A stretch of 64,000 nt of DNA from an uncultured Candidatus Saccharibacteria bacterium. Lineage in GTDB: Bacteria > Patescibacteriota > Minisyncoccia > Minisyncoccales > UBA10102. Positions 1 through 8,089 of this stretch are shown here, piece after piece. A program made the position numbers and the translations under genes. The notes below the pieces were generated by a model. That model worked only from the letters and a program-made list of their open reading frames with translations, made no database searches and was not told the DNA's origin. Location of the stretch: NCBI GenBank assembly GCA_964359655.1, contig CAYHVI010000001.1, positions 3,164 to 67,163 of the forward strand, given 5' to 3'. Positions within the stretch are counted from its first letter, which is position 1; every line of letters starts with the position of its first letter.

Positions 1-2
1 GG

Positions 3-707
3 ATCCCCACTCCTGAATTCGACTATATGTTTTCTGTTGAAGACAAAATCAACCCCGAGCTCGAATATCCTCTTATCGTAAAGCCCGCGAACACCGATGA
101 CAGCATTGGAATTACTCAAAAATCAGTAGTAACCAACGAACGGCAACTTTTGGCTCAAGCAAGAGAAATCATCACGGTGTATAAGAGACCGGTGCTTGTG
201 GAAGAATACATTGTGGGTTCAGAGCTTGATATAGGAGTAATTGGAAATCGCGGTAACATTCGCGTGCTCCCTATCGAACGAACTCTTTTCGATAAAGTTC
301 CCAAAGACAAATGGGGCATTTATTCGTATGAAGACAAGTGGGGCAAAGAAGACATCCACAAATACTTCACTATTGAATCGCCTGCGCGCATTCCCAAAAA
401 ACAAATGCAGCTTGCCTCTGAAATCGCCATAGATGTGTTCAACGCCTTAGGTTGCCATGACTATGCGAGAGTTGAAATGCGCATGGACAAAGACAACAAT
501 CTCTATGTCATCGAGTTGAATGCCCACCCAACGCTTGAAGAAGATAGTTATTTTGGAAGGGTAGGAAAAAAACTTGGCCTTTCTTTTGGAGATATGCTCC
601 AAGAAATTATCGAAGCTGCTGCCGAACGCTACACCAATAAACCTCCATTTTACCACCTCCAAGGAAGCATCGAAGTCCCTGCCGACCTCACCCCTCCGGC
701 AAAGTAA
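3..707 (+). CDS. D-alanine--D-alanine ligase family ATP-grasp protein, 5'-truncated by the window edge
   Basis: Frame open from base 3 (IPTPEF...); PLIVKP, VLVEEYI, ARVEMR and YVIELNAHP ATP-grasp motifs. Confidence 0.8.
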   Translation: MPTPEFDYMFSVEDKINPELEYPLIVKPANTDDSIGITQKSVVTNERQLLAQAREIITVYKRPVLVEEYIVGSELDIGVIGNRGNIRVLPIERTLFDKVPKDKWGIYSYEDKWGKEDIHKYFTIESPARIPKKQMQLASEIAIDVFNALGCHDYARVEMRMDKDNNLYVIELNAHPTLEEDSYFGRVGKKLGLSFGDMLQEIIEAAAERYTNKPPFYHLQGSIEVPADLTPPAK

Positions 708-832
708 AGAGAGTGCAGGCGTTTTGGGTAGTTTGTTGGGCGACTTCCTAATGTTCTCTTGAGAAGTACGATTGCTCACGTCCAAAAAAAATTCGGGGGC
801 AAGAATATGTAAATCTCACCCCCTATTCTACG

Positions 833-2305
833 TTACATCTCAAGAAGAATTCTCTCGAGCTTAAAGCTCATTTCGGCCACGTCTATGGCGCGCATGAGGG
901 CGGAGGCCTTGTGAAGCGTCTCCTGGTACTCGGCGTCGGGCTGGCTGTCGAAGACGATGCCCCCGCCCGCCTGCACGTAGGCCACGCCGTCCTTCATGAC
1001 GAGTGTGCGTATCGTTATTGCAGTGTCCATGTTGCCGAAGAAGTCGAAGTAGCCGACCGCACCCGCGTATGGGCCGCGCTTGTGCGGCTCCATCTCGGCG
1101 ATTATCTCCATGGCACGGATTTTGGGCGCGCCGGACACCGTGCCCGCAGGGAAGCACGCCCTCAGCGCGTCGAAGTTGGTGCAGCCGTCCTTCAGCTTGC
1201 CGGTGACGTGGGAGACGAGGTGCATCACGTGGGAGTAGCGTTCAACGTCCATAAGCTGCGTGACATTGACCGTGCCCGGCTGGCTGACGCGGCCAATGTC
1301 GTTGCGGCCAAGGTCAACCAGCATGATGTGCTCGGCGCGCTCCTTCTCCTCGGTGCGCAGCTCGCGCTCCAACTCCTCATCCTCCTGGGGGGTAGCCCCT
1401 CTGCGGCGCGTACCCGCAATCGGGTGCGCCGCCACGTTGCCGTTCTCGACCTGCACGAGCATCTCAGGGGAAGCGCCCACTATCTGAAAGTCGTCGAGGT
1501 TCAGGTAGTACATATAGGGAGAGGGGTTGACCGTCCGCAGCGCGCGGTATATCTGGAACGGGTGCGCGCTGGTGCGGCGGGCAATCCGCTGGGACACCAC
1601 CGCCTGGATAATGTCTCCTTCATAGACGTACTTCTTGACCCGCCCGACCATGTCTTTGTACTGGTCTTTGCTCATGTTGGACTCCGTGCGAGTGGGCGGA
1701 GCGTAGTCTGACGAGCCGCTTGGCCCAGGCAGGCGCAGGGGTGATTCCAGGCGGCGAACAAGCTCGGCGATGCGCTCGACGGCCTCGTTGTAGGCGCGCG
1801 GCACGTCGCCGTTGAGCCTGGCGTGGCTGACGACGCGAATCCTGTGGCGCAGGTGGTCGAATATCAGGAAGGTGGTGGTCATCATGAACAGCGACTCTGG
1901 AAGTCCAAGCGGGTCTGCCGCTGGCGAAGGAAGGCGCTCGAAGTAGTTGACCGCCTCGTATGACAGGTATCCGACCGCGCCGCCATTGAACCGCTGGAGA
2001 TAGGACACAGGGGCTAGCTTGTGCCTGGATAGCGCGTTCTGAATGGGAATCAGGGGGTCAACCGCGCCGTCCTGCTGACCCGGCCCGGTCTTTATCAGGC
2101 TGTCGGGCTGGGTGCCGAGGAAGCTGTAGCGGGCGATGCGCTCGCCGCCTTCGACGCTTTCGAACAGGAATGAATACGGCGGGCGGGCGATTTTCAGGTA
2201 GGCCGTTACGGGCGTTTCCAGGTCGGCGTTTATCTCGCGGTACACGGGTACTAGGTTATACATACCTTGCATTTTCTTGAATTCCTCAAATGTTGGCTGA
2301 TACAC
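833..2305 (-). CDS. trpE: Anthranilate synthase component I
   Basis: DLETPV, FLFESVEGGERIARYS, NPSPYMY, PIAGTRRRG, EHIMLVDLGRND, PAGTVSGAPKIRA; GTG start after GAGGAG; GC-rich (38/60 in line 961). Confidence 0.95.
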   Translation of the reverse strand: MYQPTFEEFKKMQGMYNLVPVYREINADLETPVTAYLKIARPPYSFLFESVEGGERIARYSFLGTQPDSLIKTGPGQQDGAVDPLIPIQNALSRHKLAPVSYLQRFNGGAVGYLSYEAVNYFERLPSPAADPLGLPESLFMMTTTFLIFDHLRHRIRVVSHARLNGDVPRAYNEAVERIAELVRRLESPLRLPGPSGSSDYAPPTRTESNMSKDQYKDMVGRVKKYVYEGDIIQAVVSQRIARRTSAHPFQIYRALRTVNPSPYMYYLNLDDFQIVGASPEMLVQVENGNVAAHPIAGTRRRGATPQEDEELERELRTEEKERAEHIMLVDLGRNDIGRVSQPGTVNVTQLMDVERYSHVMHLVSHVTGKLKDGCTNFDALRACFPAGTVSGAPKIRAMEIIAEMEPHKRGPYAGAVGYFDFFGNMDTAITIRTLVMKDGVAYVQAGGGIVFDSQPDAEYQETLHKASALMRAIDVAEMSFKLERILLEM

Positions 2306-2411
2306 TTGTTTCTCCTCTCTTCTGCAAGCAGAGCCAGCACATGCTTGTTTTTTTGATAAAGAACTTATTTGTGCTGGTGCTTAGATTCCCGAGAAATCCA
2401 ATCATCAACAC

Positions 2412-2437
2412 AAATAAAAACCTGGGCAAAGCCCAGG
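2412..2437 (-). terminator. trp attenuator terminator (3:4 hairpin)
   Basis: Minus strand CCTGGGC-TTT-GCCCAGG followed by TTTTTATTT. Confidence 0.85.
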
Positions 2438-2485
2438 AAATCTATGAGTATGTATTAAATTAAAATCCAAAACCGGGCTTTGCGT

Positions 2486-2542
2486 TTAAGTCTGCAAAAC
2501 CCACCACCAAGCTGTTTTATTTTTTAGTCGTATTGTAGCCAT
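2486..2542 (-). CDS. trpL: Trp leader peptide MATIRLKNKTAWWWVLQT
   Basis: 18-codon uORF with TGG TGG TGG upstream of trpE, overlapping alternative hairpins. Confidence 0.9.
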   Translation of the reverse strand: MATIRLKNKTAWWWVLQT

Positions 2543-2580
2543 AAAATTATCTCTTACTGAATTCTTTCTTCAATATATAT

Positions 2581-2618
2581 CGTACTAGTACACTATCACT
2601 ACCCAACAAGCTTGTCAA
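2581..2618 (-). promoter_or_regulatory. Sigma70-type promoter with overlapping TrpR-like operator
   Basis: TTGACA-17 bp-TAGTGT, continuing as TAGTGTACTAGTACG, which resembles the E. coli trp operator arm ACTAGTACG. Confidence 0.6.
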
Positions 2619-2639
2619 TACCTTTCAAGAGCCAGTTAT

Positions 2640-3548
2640 TCACACTCCCCTAAGATTAAACAGAGTTTGCGCATTCTTTGTCGTTGCACAGGCGACTTCT
2701 TTAGAATTCACTTTTTTGATGCGCGCGATTTCTTGGGCAATATACTTTACAAAGATTGGTTCGTTTCGCTCTTTTTCCGCTTGCGCAGGCACTAAATAAG
2801 GCGAATCTGTTTCCAGAACAATGCGATCCAAGGGAATAGATGCGATTACTTCTTCTGGTTTTGGCAATGCAGGAACATTCTTGAAAATCAAACCGTTAAA
2901 CCCAAGATACAAACCAAGACCCATAAACTTTTGCGCCTGCTCTACGGTCCCGGTAAAACAATGTATAACGCCACGCAAGGGTGTAGTTTTTAGTTTATAG
3001 TTTGTAGTTAGTAGTTCAAGTAAGTCTTCGTGGGCAACTCGGCAATGGAGAATAACAGGAAGGTTTAATCCATCTGCCAAATCCATTTGCTTTTGCAAAG
3101 TTTCTTTTTGTTTTTGCTTAATTTCCTCTCGTTTTGCTTTGCTCTTTGGGAAATAATAATAATCGAGTCCGATCTCGCCTATCGCAACCACCTTTTTACT
3201 CTTTGCAAGTTCTTTGTATTTCTCGTAATCAAATTCTTCTGATCGAGTCTCAAATGTCATCCAATTCGCAGAATTGCCCTGAGCTTGTCGAAGGGCTTCC
3301 GAATCTTCGGATTGAACCTCCAGTACATCAACCTTTCGCTGTTCTCCAAGATGAATCGGGTGCAATCCAACTGCGCTATACACCCCCTCTTTATATTGTT
3401 CTGCAATTTCAACTGCGCGCTTGGACGTGGAGTACTGCGAGCCTGGCATTATCACCCAAATATCGTTTTCCAGCACGCGTTTCAGCACTTCATCTGAATC
3501 ATTTTTGAACGCATTAAAATTCAAATGACAATGAGTATCGATCAACAT
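2640..3548 (-). CDS. tatD: TatD family DNase
   Basis: MLIDTHCHL, GLHP, AIGEIGLDY, LHCR, HCF, ETDSPY; start reassigned to ATG 3548. Confidence 0.95.
   Translation of the reverse strand: MLIDTHCHLNFNAFKNDSDEVLKRVLENDIWVIMPGSQYSTSKRAVEIAEQYKEGVYSAVGLHPIHLGEQRKVDVLEVQSEDSEALRQAQGNSANWMTFETRSEEFDYEKYKELAKSKKVVAIGEIGLDYYYFPKSKAKREEIKQKQKETLQKQMDLADGLNLPVILHCRVAHEDLLELLTTNYKLKTTPLRGVIHCFTGTVEQAQKFMGLGLYLGFNGLIFKNVPALPKPEEVIASIPLDRIVLETDSPYLVPAQAEKERNEPIFVKYIAQEIARIKKVNSKEVACATTKNAQTLFNLRGV
3276..3296. repeat. REP-like palindrome GCCCTTCGACAAGCTCAGGGC, in frame inside tatD (ALRQAQG)
   Basis: Related copies at 10874-10895 and 27544-27563. Confidence 0.75.
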
Positions 3549-3552
3549 AAAA

Positions 3553-5043
3553 TTAAGTCTCGATTCGCGGGAAAAGAGGATGGGATTCATTCGATTGAAG
3601 TTGCTGGACAATGTTTTCTGCGGCTTGAGGAAGAAACGGTTCCAAAGCCACAGCTATACGCCAAAGTGCGGTCAAGTTATTAACGATATCTCGATCTCTA
3701 TCTACTGCTGAAGTTTTTGGATCGAACGGCCGATGCGCCTCCGTAGAATCACTAATCCCGCTCACGCTGTAAACGTCCCAGAAACCTTGAGGAACTATAG
3801 AACTTTCTTCAGGAAGTCCTTGCCATATTAGCTCGAGCGCCTTCGCAAACTCAAAATTCTCTAGGTGCCTCCAGAGACCTCGACCTTCCCATTCATTGAT
3901 TACTACCCGACGATCGAGAAGTTCTGGTTTTATTCCATGTCTAATTGCTAATGCCAAAACTCTACTTACTTGATTTCCTAATCCATTTGCTAAATCAGCA
4001 TTATACCTTGTCTTAAACTTCTCGTAGCTAAAGTCGCCGTCTTCTGTGGCAGGAATTTCGCGCAAGAGAAAATAGCGCACCGCGTCCGCGCCGTACTTTG
4101 CGACCAGCTCGCAGGGATCTACAACATTCCCAGTGCTCTTGGACATTTTCTGGCCGTTTACCGTTATATACCCGTGGACGAAAAGTGTTTTGGGTAAAAC
4201 CAAACCCGCAGACAAAAGAAACGCCGGCCAATACACCGCGTGAAAACGGGTGATCCCTTTGCCGATTACGTGAACGTCTGCCGGCCACCACTTTTTGTAT
4301 TTTTCTTCGTCTAAACCAAACCCTACGCCCGACTGATAAATGTTTAAAGCATCGAACCACACATACATTTTTTGGCTGTCATCTCCTGGGACAGAGACGC
4401 CCCAGTTTTTCGCACGCTCATTGGAGCGCGAAATGCTTATATCTTGCAAAGGTTGGCTTAAAAAGGCCAGTACTTCATTTTTCCTTGTGACAGGAAAAAT
4501 CTTTAACTCATCTTGTTCTATTATCTCAAGGAGCTTATCTTGGTATTTGGAAAGTTTGAAAAAATAGTTCTCTTCTGCAACCATCTCAAGTTTGCGTCCC
4601 GGATGCTCAAAACACTCTTTGTTTGCGTCAAGCTCTCCTTCTGTGTAAAATGTTTCACACCCCACGCAATAGAGACCCTCGTATGATTTTTTATAGATAT
4701 CTCCGGCTTTTGCGCACAGCTCCCACAATTTTTGGCTCGCTAGGTGATGGTCTTTGCTGCTTCCTTTCTGAAATACACCAAACTGCACGCCGAGTTTTTC
4801 TGCGAGCTCGGCAAAAAGTTTCGCGTTTTCATCGATAAATTGCTGCACAGGCACTCCTGCTTTTTCTGCTGCCTGCACATTTTTCAAAGCATTTTCATCT
4901 GCGCCAGAAAGCAGCAACATATCCTCTCCTTTCAAACGGTGATAACGCGCCACCACATCTGCCTGAACAAATTCCAATGCATGGCCAATATGGGGCTTTG
5001 CATTCACATAAGGAATCGCCGTTGTAATGTAAAACTTGTTCAC
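3553..5043 (-). CDS. metG: Methionine--tRNA ligase
   Basis: YITTAIPYVNAKPHIGH, CVGCE zinc knuckle, YVWFDAL, KMSKS. Confidence 0.95.
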   Translation of the reverse strand: MNKFYITTAIPYVNAKPHIGHALEFVQADVVARYHRLKGEDMLLLSGADENALKNVQAAEKAGVPVQQFIDENAKLFAELAEKLGVQFGVFQKGSSKDHHLASQKLWELCAKAGDIYKKSYEGLYCVGCETFYTEGELDANKECFEHPGRKLEMVAEENYFFKLSKYQDKLLEIIEQDELKIFPVTRKNEVLAFLSQPLQDISISRSNERAKNWGVSVPGDDSQKMYVWFDALNIYQSGVGFGLDEEKYKKWWPADVHVIGKGITRFHAVYWPAFLLSAGLVLPKTLFVHGYITVNGQKMSKSTGNVVDPCELVAKYGADAVRYFLLREIPATEDGDFSYEKFKTRYNADLANGLGNQVSRVLALAIRHGIKPELLDRRVVINEWEGRGLWRHLENFEFAKALELIWQGLPEESSIVPQGFWDVYSVSGISDSTEAHRPFDPKTSAVDRDRDIVNNLTALWRIAVALEPFLPQAAENIVQQLQSNESHPLFPRIET

Positions 5044-5117
5044 AGCTTTATTCTTATCATACTCTCTTTAAGATATAAAGAACTGCCCCGCAACATGCTG
5101 TGCTGCGGGGCAAAGAA

Positions 5118-5336
5118 CTAAGGTGTACACTCGGCAGGAAGGATTTGAATGTCGCCAGGATCTACTCGGCCAATGTATTCCTCCGTACCTCCCTCCTTTC
5201 TTCCCATGAACAAGAAGATGTTCTCTGGTTCTATCAAAGCTACGATATACCCACGGTAAAAGTGACTGTGCAACCAAATGCCAAACGGTCGGCCCTCTTC
5301 GATGGCTCTCAAAACCTTCTGTACTTGTTCCTCCAT
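5118..5336 (-). CDS. Hypothetical protein (72 aa)
   Basis: ATG with SD GAGGAGG, directly after the upstream ORF. Confidence 0.6.
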   Translation of the reverse strand: MEEQVQKVLRAIEEGRPFGIWLHSHFYRGYIVALIEPENIFLFMGRKEGGTEEYIGRVDPGDIQILPAECTP

Positions 5337-5357
5337 AAACCCTCCTCTGGAGAAAAC

Positions 5358-5912
5358 TTACTCGGAAACAATTAGCCAACGCCAGTATGGAAAAGCGAAT
5401 ACGAAGTTGGAGCAAACGAAATATGGGTCCCAACCATCATATGAATCTAGGGGCATGAGGTAGGGTACGCGCGCCTCGCCTTCTGGGTCCTTCCATTCAG
5501 AACCTCCGAAAATTATAGGGCGAGGTATCGGGTGAATTCTTTCATCAGGTTTTGGGAATTTTTTTATGAAAGACTTCAGTGCCTGCCCCTCAAGGAGTCG
5601 ATAACCCATCTTGACAACTTTTCTCTCTGCCTCTTTAACAGTTTCGACATACCCAAGGCTTACAAACTTTACTCGGCATATCTTCTTTCCCTCGAACTTT
5701 GGGCCGATATAACTCCATCTGCTTGCCGATCTGAGAATTTCTAACGCTGTGAGGTATTTTGGGTATTTTGAGCCATCAATCTCGTATTGAGGAAGGGTAA
5801 CTATCTCCAAGGGATCGATATCATTGTCCACTTCGAGTTCGAACCAAACCCCATCTGCGGGAATAGCATTTGCTCGATGACCGCTGCCGTTGAATTGATG
5901 AATGCTTGTCAC
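5358..5912 (-). CDS. Hypothetical protein (about 184 aa)
   Basis: GTG at 5912 preceded by GGAGGAG; long clean ORF with aromatic-rich C-terminus. Confidence 0.7.
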   Translation of the reverse strand: MTSIHQFNGSGHRANAIPADGVWFELEVDNDIDPLEIVTLPQYEIDGSKYPKYLTALEILRSASRWSYIGPKFEGKKICRVKFVSLGYVETVKEAERKVVKMGYRLLEGQALKSFIKKFPKPDERIHPIPRPIIFGGSEWKDPEGEARVPYLMPLDSYDGWDPYFVCSNFVFAFPYWRWLIVSE

Positions 5913-5928
5913 GGGATATCTCCTCCCC

Positions 5929-5960
5929 AAATAAAATTCCTCTTCCCAATGGAAGAGGTT
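5929..5960 (-). terminator. Leader terminator hairpin
   Basis: CCTCTTCC-ATTG-GGAAGAGG then AATTTTATTT. Confidence 0.55.
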
Positions 5961-6003
5961 TCTTGAGATACGAATCTTTTTGGGGGTTGAATACTGTGTT
6001 TAT

Positions 6004-6081
6004 TCACAGCCCAACAAACCTCTTCCATAGCAAAGAGGTCGTTGTAGTTTTTGCAGCTTTATTATTTACAAATTTCCCCAT
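6004..6081 (-). CDS. Putative leader peptide MGKFVNNKAAKTTTTSLLWKRFVGL
   Basis: ATG 8 nt after TTGACG-17-TACACT promoter; four tandem Thr codons at the first of a set of alternative stems. Confidence 0.6.
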   Translation of the reverse strand: MGKFVNNKAAKTTTTSLLWKRFVGL

Positions 6082-6128
6082 AATAAAGTAGTGTAATTCA
6101 CGTAAACATATCCGTCAAGTCCGTTATT

Positions 6129-8087
6129 TCACACTCTGTTTTTGATGAGGGCATCCACAACTGAAGGGTCGGCCAAAGTGCTTGTATCACCGAGTTCCTC
6201 GAAATTACCTTCTGCTATTTTGCGCAAGATTCTTCTCATAATCTTGCCGGAACGAGTCTTGGGAAGCTGTTCTGCAAACTGAATTTTATCTGGCTGCGCA
6301 ATAGGCCCAATTTCTTTCCTCAACTGCTGCACTAAAGCTTCTACCAAACCTGCAGAGGGTTGATAACCTTGCTTTAACGTAACAAAACAATACATTCCCT
6401 GGCCCTTGATATCGTGAGGAAATCCCACCACTGCTGCCTCTGCCACGCTCTCATGGGCCACCAACGCGCTTTCGATTTCTGCGGTGCCAAACCTGCGGCC
6501 TGCAATATTTAATACGTCGTCTACTCTGCCCAAAAGCCAATAAAATCCGTCTTCGTCTTTTCGGCAGCCGTCTCCGGTAAAGTATTTACCATGAAATGCA
6601 GAAAAATACACGCTTTTCACGAGTTCATTTTTCGGGTCGCCGTATACGCCTCGAATCATTCCTGGCCATGGTTTGGTAATGACTAATTTTCCGCCCTCGT
6701 TAATATCCGCGAGCGTGCCGTCTTCCCGCAAGATTTCAGGAACAACTCCAAAGAATGGAAACGAAGCAGACCCTGGCTTTGTTGGACTAGCTCCTGGAAG
6801 CGGAGTTATCATGATTCCTCCAGTTTCTGTTTGCCACCAGGTATCTACGATGGGACAGCGCTCTTTGCCGATCACGCGATAATACCACATCCATGCTTCA
6901 GGATTGATTGGTTCTCCCACGGTGCCTAAGATCCGAAGACTGGAAAGATCATGCTTATTTGGCCATACTTCTCCCAAACGCATTAACGCGCGTATCGCGG
7001 TAGGCGCTGTATAGAAAATGGTTACTTTGTATTCCTCAATAATTTTCCAAAAGCGATCAGGTTCAGGATACGTTGGTGTGCCCTCAAACATAAATACGGT
7101 AGCTCCATTTGAAAGAGGTCCATACACCACATAGGAATGCCCAGTAATCCATCCGGCATCTGCCGTGCACCAATACACATCTTCGTCTTTCATATCAAAT
7201 ATGTATTTAAAAGTGCAGGTTGCATACAACAAATATCCTCCTGTAGTATGCAAAACGCCTTTTGGTTTACCCGTGCTTCCGCTTGTGTACAAAATGAATA
7301 AAGGATCTTCTGCGTCCATCTCTACGGGTTCGTGTATATCAGAAATGTCAGACGCTTCCATTTCTTCTATCCACCAAAAGTCACGTCCCGGCTTCATGTC
7401 GCAACTGGTATTCCCCCGGTTGTACACGATTACTTTTTCTACTTTTAGACATCCTTGGAGCGCCTCATCCACTTTCTTTTTGAGCTCAATCATTTTGCCT
7501 GCATGAAACCCCACGTCTGCAGTAACAACAACTTGCGACTTGCAATCCAATATTCTGTTCTTTAACGCTTCTGCTGAAAATGCAGAGAACACTACCGAGT
7601 GAATAGCTCCAATGCGGCTGCAGGCAAGCATGGCAATGGGAAGCTGTAGAATCATGGGAAGGAAAATGGTAACGATCGTACCCTTTTTCACTCCATGCTT
7701 TTCTAACACATTGGCTAACTTACACACCTGTTCATGCAGTTGTTGATACGTGAGCGTGCGCTTTTCTTTTTCATCCTCTCCCTGCCAAATGATCGCAGCC
7801 TTGTTTTTCCTCCAGGTAGCAAGGTGTCTGTCCAAACAGTTGAATGACACGTTTATCTTGCCTCCTTCAAAGAATTTAAGATAAGGCTGTTCTTGCTCTC
7901 CTATGCGAGAGAAATCATATTCCATAACCCGATCCCATTTTTTAAACCACGAAAGATGTTGTTCTGCCTGTTGCGCCCAAAATCCTTCGGGATTCTCAAC
8001 CGACTCTTTATACAGCCTTTGATACTCTTCCATATTTGGAATATGAGCCTTCTCGCTCAACTCTTTGGGAGGGTAAAAGATAGCCAT
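6129..8087 (-). CDS. acs: Acetyl-CoA synthetase (AMP-forming)
   Basis: [49 protein letters not shown]. Confidence 0.97.
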   Translation of the reverse strand: MAIFYPPKELSEKAHIPNMEEYQRLYKESVENPEGFWAQQAEQHLSWFKKWDRVMEYDFSRIGEQEQPYLKFFEGGKINVSFNCLDRHLATWRKNKAAIIWQGEDEKEKRTLTYQQLHEQVCKLANVLEKHGVKKGTIVTIFLPMILQLPIAMLACSRIGAIHSVVFSAFSAEALKNRILDCKSQVVVTADVGFHAGKMIELKKKVDEALQGCLKVEKVIVYNRGNTSCDMKPGRDFWWIEEMEASDISDIHEPVEMDAEDPLFILYTSGSTGKPKGVLHTTGGYLLYATCTFKYIFDMKDEDVYWCTADAGWITGHSYVVYGPLSNGATVFMFEGTPTYPEPDRFWKIIEEYKVTIFYTAPTAIRALMRLGEVWPNKHDLSSLRILGTVGEPINPEAWMWYYRVIGKERCPIVDTWWQTETGGIMITPLPGASPTKPGSASFPFFGVVPEILREDGTLADINEGGKLVITKPWPGMIRGVYGDPKNELVKSVYFSAFHGKYFTGDGCRKDEDGFYWLLGRVDDVLNIAGRRFGTAEIESALVAHESVAEAAVVGFPHDIKGQGMYCFVTLKQGYQPSAGLVEALVQQLRKEIGPIAQPDKIQFAEQLPKTRSGKIMRRILRKIAEGNFEELGDTSTLADPSVVDALIKNRV

Positions 8088-8089
8088 GG

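Noticed and set aside
911-1711. 266-aa plus-strand ORF
   Set aside because: Antisense shadow of GC-rich trpE; no motifs or RBS
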